Source of the DNA: a virus
Taxonomy: Duplodnaviria; Caudoviricetes
DNA: 27,195 nucleotides
IMG/VR virus record: IMGVR_UViG_3300012953_000177
Location: 1 to 27,195 of that record
Direction: 5' to 3' (one strand)
How positions within the stretch are numbered: position 1 is the first letter of the stretch; every line of letters starts with the position of its first letter. The notes under the pieces were generated by a model. It did not search any database and was not told the origin of the DNA. It saw only the letters and a program-made list of their open reading frames with translations. This document shows positions 9,201 to 18,600 of this stretch, one piece after another. Made by a program: the position numbers and the translations under genes.

Positions 9201-11016
9201 CAGGCACAATATAACTTACAATATTGTCAGAAGTTATAATACCTACAAAGTTTTTTCCAGCTGCTGAAATTGTTGCAGTATTTGATGCAGTTTTTGTTAA
9301 CTTAAAATTACCAGAAAGCATGGAAGTAAGTTTAGTGGCATCATCAAGAACAACATCAGCTGAGAAAGTAGAAACTCCAACCGCACTTTCCACAGATGCA
9401 ACATCATCGAACCCAAATGTATCAACTTTAGTTAATATTCTTCTGGCATTAACTCCATTAATTGTAAAACCTTCAAGTCTAATAAACTTTCCAGTCACAT
9501 CTGATATATTAATTTCCTTTCCATTAGCCGATAAACTCCTCACATATCCAACAGCACCACTTCTTTTACCTTGTATTCTATCTCCAGTTGATAAAGAGGT
9601 AAGTGCTGTTCCAACTCGAACATTATTAAAAGTTTTTACATCAAATAAACGAAGTTCATATTTAGTTGATGCATCTCCATGTTTATCAGATTCTGATTGA
9701 AAATCATAAACTCTTGCAAGTCCAATTTCAGTTCCACTATTTTCTCCCTTTCTTCTACTCATTAAGGAAATTGTAGCAGTTGTTCCAATACCTAAACTAG
9801 GAGAACCAAAAATATTATTAACAATAAGAGGATCACCTGTTGAATATGATACACCCTCATTTAAAACTTCTCTAGTTGTTCTTGGTTTAGGAACATCTAA
9901 AAAAGTTGTAGCTAATCTTTCTAATTGATATCCCTTTACATAAGCTTTTCCTGGCGATACCTTAATAGTCAATAAATCCTCTGAGGGTGTATTCCCTTCT
10001 GATGTTAATTGTTCTCTAGTGAAGATTCCATCACTACCAATACCATCATCTAATGACTCTCTTACATGAACAGCAAAAGGATTTATATAATAATTTCCTG
10101 ATTCATCATAAGTTCTTTTCGCTAAAGTATCATTAATTAAATTATAATTTGTTTCTTTTACAAAAGTTTGTATGACTCCCTCTTCAATTCTAGAAATTTC
10201 TATAAAATTTTGATCATTAAAATTATCTAAATCTTTTTTCTCCAGACGGATATTCATTTGTAATCTATCAGCGCCTGGAGCAGCAAAATTTGTAAATCCA
10301 GATGCATTATCATTCAATGAGGGATCTTCGTCGGCAGTAATAAAGTTTTCTTCAATATTAAATCCAACACGATATGATGGAGTTGAACCATATTGATCTA
10401 ACAATAATGTTTCAGTAGATACCTGTGCAAAAGTTCCTCGAATAAAATAAACACCTTCTGAAACAGAAAAAGAAGATCCAATAGCATTTGAATCAGCAGC
10501 CAAAGCATTTGCAAATGGTTCGTTTGCAGCAATCACGGATGAACCATAAACAATATTAGTTCCAGTTAACAAACTTTCACCATCTTGAAAAGTATCTACT
10601 CCATCTTCAGCTCCAGATTGTTCATATTTAATGTATAATGTTAAAGTATCTCTAATTGAATCTTCTTCTAACAAAACCTTTCTGACAGTCGCAGTTACTT
10701 CTGAGCTCGCTCCAGTAATTCTAACACCAACAAGTTGATCAATATAAGATGATACTGGAATACCTAAAAAATTACTCTCAACTTGAATACATGTATAATT
10801 ATTGTCAAAAGTCGTATTGCCTGGAATTACTTTAGCACCTTCTTTAAACAAATGAGTTCCAAACTGTTCAATTTGATTTTGTAAAATTGATTGCAATCCA
10901 GTTAATTCTCTTGCCTGAACAGGAGCGCCTGGTTTAAAAAGAACCTTATAAAAATTTTTATTTTTATCAAAATCGTCAAAATATGGATTGACGTTAAGAT
11001 TAGTTTCCTGTGGCAT
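3217..11016 (-). CDS. Large virion structural protein, VrlC / DUF4815 family (baseplate- or fibre-associated)
   Basis: N-terminus TNLNV.PYFDDFD..KNFYKVLFKPG.PVQARELT.LQSILQNQIE.FG..LFKEG. Internal motifs AAPGADR, LAKRTYDESGNY, RFTM.DIG.LEKR..N.EYYT.LS.LE, RFK.GFFVDNF, DPLAQTF and GSLFKSQNG.TW. C-terminus PPKIKELRGI. Lies immediately after gp8, as in cyanomyophages. Confidence 0.85.
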   Translation of the reverse strand: MPQETNLNVNPYFDDFDKNKNFYKVLFKPGAPVQARELTGLQSILQNQIEQFGTHLFKEGAKVIPGNTTFDNNYTCIQVESNFLGIPVSSYIDQLVGVRITGASSEVTATVRKVLLEEDSIRDTLTLYIKYEQSGAEDGVDTFQDGESLLTGTNIVYGSSVIAANEPFANALAADSNAIGSSFSVSEGVYFIRGTFAQVSTETLLLDQYGSTPSYRVGFNIEENFITADEDPSLNDNASGFTNFAAPGADRLQMNIRLEKKDLDNFNDQNFIEISRIEEGVIQTFVKETNYNLINDTLAKRTYDESGNYYINPFAVHVRESLDDGIGSDGIFTREQLTSEGNTPSEDLLTIKVSPGKAYVKGYQLERLATTFLDVPKPRTTREVLNEGVSYSTGDPLIVNNIFGSPSLGIGTTATISLMSRRKGENSGTEIGLARVYDFQSESDKHGDASTKYELRLFDVKTFNNVRVGTALTSLSTGDRIQGKRSGAVGYVRSLSANGKEINISDVTGKFIRLEGFTINGVNARRILTKVDTFGFDDVASVESAVGVSTFSADVVLDDATKLTSMLSGNFKLTKTASNTATISAAGKNFVGIITSDNIVSYIVPGETIPTFNRITGVTVAGDEINIRSIPSVTGVANGGIGTDTSLFVNDLLLLKPSFEVGENNFLTPVSNTDIESIDVTNSTLQIRKQYTDISVNNGQFTTPTAGNNLFFQPFDEERYFLSYDDGSIESLTSDKLIISDDKKTVTFVGINTTVTKANLFATVLKSKVTTKQKKLNEANVLIIDRSSSTASGIGTNTLNDGLTHHNAYGTRVQDERICLNVPDAVQLLGVFESRDNSEPDLPSLTLSGFSGPNSSNQDLILGEQLTGLDSDAIVSVAERSGTTSVGVVNLNEENFLIGETVRGSKSGITAVVAAVTAGDRDLTDFYSLNTGQKPTFYDYSFIERSKTLSGSERFETDNTGAPERKLKIVFKNFFVESSDTGDFYSATSYPAESKPLITVDPDYQQLLTDLIDLRPRVANYDPSSSSTSPFSFSSRQFTTTGDGSLNPLVSDELLVVNYNYYLGRVDKLFFDKNGEFVYLQGVPSEDPEEPLGIGDAIEIAKLTLPPYLQEVSQVQIERTKHKRFTMADIGRLEKRLENVEYYTRLSMLELETSTLNVTDANGLNRFKCGFFVDNFKKHENHQIGHPDFSASTDQENGYLRPGHFTTCIDLVPASKRKFGIDGVVKGKKDLKYANDISGTNNRHTIGGGITIDYTEVVMVRQRYASRIENVNPFLIAYYDGDVKLFPDSDTWIDTKKIDANIIHNTAEYDLALLKHGINAKTGLSEIEWGAWQTDWVGKKVKGTYVETVSKEQLGKVKPGKKGTKGAKLKTTHIPNYKKVIELNGKWIGKGKGVIVDAVLTTKQKYKDIKITTKQSKEGIQYKVTPKITTEVIGEKIVSSDKVAYMRKRQIEFTATGLKPRTRFYPFFDGRRMEGYCSPKLVEIEMQEGVFEVGETVEGEIDFGQAVDFGDFKNKIHAPLFKNGRKDELVCRICQPNHKEGPFDSPTKTYKKNPYNPKQTIPSKYSSSSTLLNLDTFSLVNMVDDEFLGKVRAGMRLIGQTSGAEAVVKGRKSSDTENNNKGYELYGNRFISDSFGYLKGVMSIQDPKYKKGPKFETGVKTFRLTPSRTNTEIPGGVKSHGETNFYAQGTLNTVQETVMSTKLPKVKKLSVQDQKVLNETISKKVGGKFKELTGIQYYDPLAQTFRVDESSGVFLTSVTVFFRDKDDEIPVTVQLRTVQTGFPTSKILPYSVVSLDPDEVNISEDGSVGTTFTFDSPVYVEGAQEYAIVLVTPSENYSAWISRMGEVDISTASLPDSEQVIISQAPYLGSLFKSQNGTTWDASQLEDMKFVLRKAKFNVGSPATVRMFSPAISVANNLIESLPTNSVKFLSRKATIGIGTALPSQTTGLVPGVIIKQAANEEASATLLNIAGIATINGSNDLTIINPGVGYTPAAAVQTYSSVPTVTLTGSGSGAVADVTINNGVVGAVTFTSGGNGYVVGDTVGLGTIGLGNGSGDIISVGLITARNTLFVDKVQGTFNIGVGTVLYNNGSVILSLDGKTGIGTTIDGSDHQVGTATTVSSFEVDPIFDGQHMVVQHRAHGMHSDLNRVSIKGIQPDTPITSLTSNYRRGSTGNISVVDASSFATFEGVGVGTTNYGYAMINGLEIVAYTGVAEGQITGITTRGIGPRSFMIGAGGGQLTPKKSYKVGAQIQKYEVNGVNLRRINCFHNFRNVNTNIHPITLDEYTLRIIMSDNKSLNSVSPGEDRTGNGSLPALFFKETKNDGGTVARHTENIQYETLTPNVQTSTPPGTTISAKVRTISGTSVGGSEVSFQDQGFQDVTLDEMNHFETPRLIASNINEDANLRNVTPAEKSLTMEFTLTSDDENISPMIDSERMSVVLSSNRLSDGDFNNDSFMKRTKTTGEDPNTATYISNMIVLDSPATSILLEFSGYRTEGSSIRAFYKTLEEGSSEDSFDRNFEAFPGFSNIDQFEKVIDPNKNTGEPDQNVPPSVGDEFLEYSFNSRGIPAFTAFQIKVVMVGNNQAKPPKIKELRGISFA

Positions 11017-11022
11017 GATTGT

Positions 11023-12582
11023 TTAAAATTCCAATACGATCTTGATGTCTTCTTTCTGTTGCGAACTACGAGTTACGGAAGCTCTATTATCAACATAAAT
11101 GATGTCGCCGCTATATTTTTTAACCTCTGGGTTGGCAACACCTTTCACAAAGCTCATTCCTAAATTGTAAGTCCTACTATTTATTGAGGTAGATATCATT
11201 GGTGATGAGTCTACACCAAAATTGGCATCTATATTTAGATCATTAGATCCGCCAGATACCGCAACACCACCTCCAGTGCCAGGATCAGCAGTAAATCTTA
11301 ATAACTCATAACCATATGTGGGAATCGAACCATCTGTTGATATTGCAAGTCTGCGATCTTGCCAATACTTTAAAACGCCAGTTGTAGCATCCCAATTAAT
11401 TACACGTCCAACAGCTGTTGATCCAACACCAACTGTTTGTGTAACTTCAGAATCAGCAGTAAATGATGTGGTAGTTGAACCAGCACCAATCAATTTAATT
11501 GCATAAACAGCACTCGCTTTCTGAAGCGTGAGCTTATTATCAGACCCAAAAGCAAGAGGATCTCTACATAAACCAACACGAGAGAACTGATTTCCTACAA
11601 TAAAATCTGGATTTGATGGATCATTTTCTAAACGAGAATATATTAAAACACGATTTGCACCCAACTCTCTGTAAATGTCAGCACCATGTCCATCTTGAGG
11701 AGGAACAATTACATTAAACGCCGCATCTGTAGAACCTGATGGATTAGTCAAACCTACAGAGTTTAAATCAACAGTTCCAAATGTATAACTAGATCCTCCA
11801 TTAGTTATTTCAACAGAGTCCATTTTACCAGCAGCGTTTACTGTAACTGAACATCTACCACCACTACCATCACCTTTGATTGGAACGTTATTGTAAGTTG
11901 CAGCAGTTCCATAACCCACACCACGATTTGTGATAGTTACAATCTTCAATTGTCCACTACTTGCAGCATTGTTTCTCACTGCTGCGACATCGTTATTTGT
12001 AGACCAATTTTGAGGTAAAGGTATAAAACTTGTAGAATCAAATTTAATAATACTATTTGGGTCAATTGTAAAAAGATACTTCCAAATATACCCATCACCA
12101 GATGTTCCAGCAGATCTTGGTTCTAAATCAGTAAACAATGGTTCATCAAGAGATGGTCTTCCACTGGTATTTTCTGGAGTGGTTCCATTTTGTAAACATA
12201 CATATACTCTAAAATTTTGATTCATTACATAAAAATTTGTATCATACAAATTAGTTGAACTAGTTTGTGGAGACAAATTGGATCGAGAGTAATCATCTCG
12301 ATACATTTCATATGTTGTTCCTGATGACCAACTTATCTTTCTTACAACTCTTGCAATATCATCTGAATTTATCTTTTTAAGAGCGATCATCGTATCCCAA
12401 TAATCATTCTCTTCACTAAAAGAATCTTTTGGTGAAGGAGGATTTTCATTCCAATCCGACTGGAAATCGGCCGGATTTGGTAATCCAATCCAAGCATAAT
12501 AACTATTTGCAGTTGAAGCTATCCCTGTTACAAAATTCTCAGAGTTTAATATTCGCAGTTGATCAGTTATAATTGCTGACAT
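11023..12582 (-). CDS. gp8: Baseplate wedge subunit (T4 gp8-like)
   Basis: MSAIITDQLRILN, W.SGTTYEMYRDDYS, FYVMN..FRVYVCLQNG, DGYIWKYLFTI, GHGAD...ELGA.RV and C-terminal SGDIIYVDNR..V.RS..QKEDIKIVLEF. Confidence 0.93.
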   Translation of the reverse strand: MSAIITDQLRILNSENFVTGIASTANSYYAWIGLPNPADFQSDWNENPPSPKDSFSEENDYWDTMIALKKINSDDIARVVRKISWSSGTTYEMYRDDYSRSNLSPQTSSTNLYDTNFYVMNQNFRVYVCLQNGTTPENTSGRPSLDEPLFTDLEPRSAGTSGDGYIWKYLFTIDPNSIIKFDSTSFIPLPQNWSTNNDVAAVRNNAASSGQLKIVTITNRGVGYGTAATYNNVPIKGDGSGGRCSVTVNAAGKMDSVEITNGGSSYTFGTVDLNSVGLTNPSGSTDAAFNVIVPPQDGHGADIYRELGANRVLIYSRLENDPSNPDFIVGNQFSRVGLCRDPLAFGSDNKLTLQKASAVYAIKLIGAGSTTTSFTADSEVTQTVGVGSTAVGRVINWDATTGVLKYWQDRRLAISTDGSIPTYGYELLRFTADPGTGGGVAVSGGSNDLNIDANFGVDSSPMISTSINSRTYNLGMSFVKGVANPEVKKYSGDIIYVDNRASVTRSSQQKEDIKIVLEF

Positions 12583-12602
12583 TTTATCAATAACTTTTTT
12601 TT

Positions 12603-12610
12603 TATTTATG
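12603..12610 (-). promoter_or_regulatory. T4-type late promoter (CATAAATA) upstream of gp8
   Basis: NATAAATA lies in the 28-nt gp7-gp8 intergenic gap, directly after the gp7 stop, and is followed by an A-run and then ATG at 12582. Confidence 0.7.
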
Positions 12611-15600
12611 TTAGATGTAAGACTCTTTTAAATCCCTCGATCTAATGATCACTGGGCCAGTCTTAATTCCTGTAACACCGTCTGTATTTACAGATGTGAA
12701 TGAGTTAGTTTCTGGTTTAACAAAATCATGTAAACGACCCCAAGAGTATTTACCATAGTAAAGACCATTGATAGTTGTTCCAATACCAACAGGTCTAGTA
12801 ATACCTTCAATAGAATCAATACTTACAGTTACTCTTCTAAGAGTGGTATTACCAACCCCAGTAGATAATAAAGCAGGCCCAGTTATGTTTTTAGCACTAT
12901 GCACCTTGTATATATTATCTAGGTGGATTGTTCCCACCCCTGATATTTCATTATCATTTCCAATCGCACCTTGATATGAAGTTACTCCACCACCAACATT
13001 TGTTTCAAATGCGGTAAAGTAATATCCCGACTGAATACCACTGACAGATATGGCAGATGACATCACTGATGTATCACGAAGAACTGAATTATCTGGAACA
13101 TAAAGATCGAGTTGTAATGCTGTTCCAATTCCAGTGACTGATGTTGTAGCAATTCCAACTATGTGTCCAAAATCACCCTCATACTTAACACTTGAAACCG
13201 TTTCTTGAGTTTGAGCTTGTGCTTCAATCATCACAACTGGTGGATTTGTATTTGTGTATCCAACACCAGCATTCACTATCGTAATCGCAGAAACTGTTCC
13301 AACGCCAGATATAGTTGCAATTGCTGTTGCGTTTGTTGAAGTAGTTCCAATACCAGCATGAATTGTTCCAATACCAGCAGTCACACCAATCGAAACTAAA
13401 GGTGTGGATGTATATCCAGATCCACCACTGGAGATAATTGCTGTTGATATTCCTCCAGTTCCTGAGACAAGTGCTGTTGCGGCAACACCAGTTTTAGTTG
13501 TTCTGTCAAGAATCAACACACTTTGTTTAACTTCAACAATATCATCTGTTTGGTCAAATAGTGGAACTGCTGAATCTACAAATATTTCGGTTGAGGCAGC
13601 AGAAACATTATTAATAATATATGCAGTCGGACGAATACCAGCTTCTAATTCAACACGATCTTTTCCAACATCAATGTTTCCAATTACAACATCAGCTATT
13701 TGTTTCTTCCAAGTTACTGGTCTTTCTAATGTTCTATTTGTAGTAATTCCAGAATCAATGTAAGTGTTTGTAGTTACAGCATCTGAAGTTGTAATTCCAC
13801 TAATTGTTCGAGGTAATTGTTGATACACAAAGTCAAGTCCAACATCAGGATATTGATTAATTGTTAGTTTATCGCCAGGTTTTACTGTTTCTAAAATATC
13901 AACATCAATTACATCATGTTCAGATCCACGATAATAATAAATTCTTAATTTATCTCCTAATTTAGGAGCTTCGGAGAATGTGATTTGTGAACCACCATTA
14001 AATACATAACTTTCAAAAGGAATCTGAATAATATCATTTAAGAACACTAAACAATTGTATTCTGGTTTGATTGGAGATCCTTTTGCAGATCTTAATGTAA
14101 TTGGTGTTTCTGTTGCACCAACTGTTTTTGTAATATTAAATGTTTTTCTATCACCATCAAATAAATTTTCAAATGTATTTAATTTTTCTAATTCACCAAA
14201 AGTAAATCCTGAGAAACTATCATTGAATGTATCTTCAACAGTTAGAGAGAAAGTTGTAACTCCAACATTTGCACTTGTTAGAATACCGGCTTGGCCACCC
14301 TCTTCGATTGTAAGAACATCACCAATCTTATAATTGTATCCATAATTTGTAATCTGGAAACTAATTATACTTGATGCAGCACCAACACGAACGGATACAG
14401 ATGCACCGATACCAGTTGAACTACCAACCAACCTCATATTTTCATAATTAAGAGGTCTTTGAAATTCTAAAACTGGAGGAGTTGCAGAACTAAATCCAGA
14501 TCCGCCACCATTTGTAATTGTCACAGATGTCACTAATCCAGCACTTACATTTGCCTTTCCAATTGTGACAATACCAGAACTTGTAACAGCCTTGACTAGG
14601 ATGTTTGTTTGAAGTCCTACTCGATAACCAGACCCACTATTTCCAATAGAAACTGACTCAACGGTTCCAGCAGCAGATACTATCGCAGTTCCGCCAGCTG
14701 CAACTAATGACTGATAACCAAAGGATGAAGTCTCAGCAACTGAAACAATTACACCACCTCTAGGTATGGAGGAAACATTAACATCATAACCAACTGATAC
14801 TCCAGCACCTGTGAAACTTACAGATGTAATACCAGCAGTTTCCGAGATAATGTAATCATCATTTGGATTCTGGAATATTTCATTTAGAAGAATTACGCCC
14901 GTATTAGTTGCAAATCCAGTTACATTCGCACCTCCAGATTTAAGGATGAAGTTAGTTGAGATGCCTGTAAATTGATCCTCTACAGTATCAAACACAAAGT
15001 TGTTTGAGTATGTATCTTGGGTTCCGCCAGGGATACCAGTGTGTGTGAATATACGTCCTACGAAAGTGTTAGAGGTTGTTAAACCAGATGGGCCCTTTTC
15101 TCCTTTAGGTGCATCTGTGAAACTAATTGTGTCTTTAACAATCTGATAATTACCCAAGAACTTAGTAACAGTGTCATCTTCACTATGATTTGCAAGTGCA
15201 GAATTAAGTTGAGCTCTCTTAACTAACAATCTATTTGAAGCACCAATACCAACTGTATCAATCTTCATAAATTCATTGTTAATCTTAATTACATCTCCTG
15301 AGAAGAATGATGATATTCCAGATAAAGTTATGAAGTCACTAACTGTCCCAGCGTCTGCTGCCAATGTAGTGTTAACAGGAGATTGAATTACAGGACTTTG
15401 AATATTGTTATCAAGAGTTACCAGAGCTTTAGAATTAAGATCTTTTGCTGTAAATGCCTGAGTCGTTCCAACTCCAACAGCAGTGATGTTAAGAATCTCT
15501 GGAACTGGTTGAAGAGCCTTTGCTGCAGTTTCAGCAAGTTTAAATTTATTTTCTGCAATCTTAACTGCAAACACTGTAGATGGTAACTTATTGGTAACTC

Positions 15601-18600
15601 CAATTCCAGTGATTGTAGTTGCTGCGATTCCGATGTTCATGGTTGTTCCACTACCAATCGGATTATATGTTATTTCTTCTCCAGTTTGGAAGAAATGATT
15701 GTCAATTATAAATTGATTGTTTACCAAATCTATAATTGTATCATCTTCAGAATCAAAAACTTTATGAAATATTGGACTCCCCTCATTTTTTAAACTGAAT
15801 GAAAACTTAATATCATTGTCTGTTCCTGTGTATGTTCCCTCTTGAGATTTTAATCTTGAGTCTGTAAACGTTACAAAACCAACACCACCAGTTCCAGTCT
15901 CTCTAAGATTATACTGGAATACTTTTGTTGTGACAGCTGTATTTGCTGGAGGAGTTAACCGAAGTTCAAGATCTCCACCTGATGCAGATGAATAACCAAC
16001 ACCAACAGTTCCAATACCAGAGTTGTTATTGGAGAAATTATCCATGTAACCAAACTCTGTAAAGTATGGAGTTACACTGTCATGTATCATCGTTACCTGA
16101 GTAACTGCATATCGATCATTGGTTGTATCATGTATTTCAATCAATGCATCAGAAGCCACATATGTGTTTGAACTAAATCCACTAATTCTTGTTGGTTTTG
16201 GAGTTCCTGTTGATGCAATATCAGTTGTGGTAGTTAAAATTTGATTCAGAGATATGGTAGTGCTTCCAATACCTGTAGCTGTTGAACCAATTGATGTCTG
16301 ATGAATTCTCATTGTGACACCAATACCAGTCTCAGGTGTAAAGTAAACGCTTGTAATACCCGACCTCACATCCGCACCAAATGTTCCAAGTCCCACACTT
16401 GGAGAGTCAGTTGGTGAAGTGTTATCATTTGTCATCTGAGCATAATCTAAGAGATATACTTCTTCACTATCGTTTAAAACAACTAATTCATTTAATTGAC
16501 TTCTCTCTTCTCCACCAAGTTCATTTGTCAATACAAGTAATTTTGTGGTTGTAAATGCAGTTGTTCCAAATCCCACAACTTGAACAGGAGATGGATCAGT
16601 TGAACCAATACCAGAAGAAACCGACTTAATTTCATAACCAGTTCCTACAGTTAAAGAGCTAATACCAGTAGTTTTAGTATCTTTAAATGTTTCTTGTGAA
16701 AGTATTCTTACTGCATAATTATTATTCTTAGATTTAGCTGGGAAGAATCTTAAAGATCCAATATTACCAGAAACTGAGAAATCAAAAGTTCCTAAGTCAA
16801 TTTGAGTTTCGACTCTACCAAATGACATCATATAACCAGTTGATTGATCATGAAGTAAGTTAACTTGCATGATTTGTTTCTCACCAGAGAATCGAGTATC
16901 AAATACTAGAACATAAAACTTAACCCCATCAACTTCTGTAATATCAAAATCAGCTACATCAGAAAATGCAGTTGCACGAGGTAGATCATTAAATTGAGAA
17001 CTTACACTATCAATAGGTATCACACGATTAGTTCTTGATTCAATGTAGTCAGTAATAATTTTATTACTAAAGTTAATTTCATCAGATGCAAATAATCCGT
17101 CAATATTCTTTGAATTCTCTGTAACTAAATCAAAATCATATGTTTTATGAAGTGATTCATTTTCACTGACTAAATCAGAAACTACAACTGAAACATTGGA
17201 TGAAACACCAACACTCGCTTTACTTCGATTCTTGTCATCTGTGGATGCTATTGAAACAATATTTACATCCGCAAAGTTTTTAAATCCAACAACATGAGTT
17301 AAACTATTAACAGGATCTTTCCAAGTTTCATATTGAATTGGACTGTTTAAAGAATATGAGAAATTTTGATAATAATCACTATCTTGTATTTTCTGAAGTT
17401 CTGTATTTAATTTACCAGTTTCTTTTCTAAATCCTGATCTTACTTCTGAATTTGAATCTATTTCAAATGTAGAAGAAAAAGTATTTGTTTGAGTAATAAA
17501 TGCGATTGATTTAGAAGATCTACCATTTATTGATTCATCAACCTTAAATGTATCATTTGAAAGAACCTTCAGATATTTGTTATCCTCATTCCAACCAACA
17601 ACAGTTCCAACTTTATCACCAGTGCTTATTATTTCTCCTACACTAAATTGATTTGGTTTAATACCAATATTAAAAGATGCTACATCTTCAAAAGGTATGA
17701 CTCTTCCAGAAGATGATGGCCCACTAAAGATGCCAGGATTTGTAATTAATGTATCTAACTTATAAGATACCGTTGCATTTCCACCGCCAGGATTTGTATT
17801 AACACCTGTAATTACAAAAGGTTCATAAGAATAATTTGAAGAATTATATCCACTTCCAGTTGATCCAATTCCAATATTCTCAACATATATTTTTTTACCT
17901 AAAGTAAATGGATATGTTGATGTCGTAAATGTTCCTTCGAGAGTTAAATCTACAACATTAGTTCCACTTGTGAAAGAGAGATTTTTAACTTTAATACCAT
18001 TAGTATTATTAGTTGCAACTATCTTAGGATTAGTGTCATATAAAGAATTAGTGTTTCTTAGTAGTTGAACCTCAGAAACAGAAGTTCCCTGTAATTTTGA
18101 TCTTGTAATAATCTCATCATTAACTTGACCTGTAACTCTATCAATAACAACTACTTTAGGTGGTTCTAAGTAATTTTTACCACCAGAACTAATTCCTATA
18201 TTTGAAATAGTTGATAATTTATCTAATCTTAAAATTTGTGGTAATTGAACAGATGGTTGAATAGTATTATCAGCTGAATAATCAAATCCGATATTTTTAA
18301 TCGCATATCTTCTTAAAGTTCCGACATCTGTGCTATTTAATCTAATAATTGCACCTACACCTTCAGTTGAAGCAACTGAAGTTACAACTGGTATTGTGTT
18401 ATAACCTCTACCTTTTGAAGTTAATTCAATATTATCGATTGATCCAGAAGTTGTTGTTGATGAAGTCGCATATTTTAAAACTACAGCTTCATCTTTGGTA
18501 TATACATCTTTTTCTGGTTGTCTTGGAATGTTAAATTTAAATGTTGTGCTTCCAATTCCAATAATGTTAAAAGTTCCGTTATATACACTATCTTCTATTT

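Noticed and set aside
12595-12603. 9-nt T/A homopolymer between gp7 and gp8 as a terminator or phase-variation tract
   Set aside because: It reads as an A-run on the coding strand, has no preceding hairpin, and is non-coding. It is better explained as a promoter-proximal AT-rich leader.
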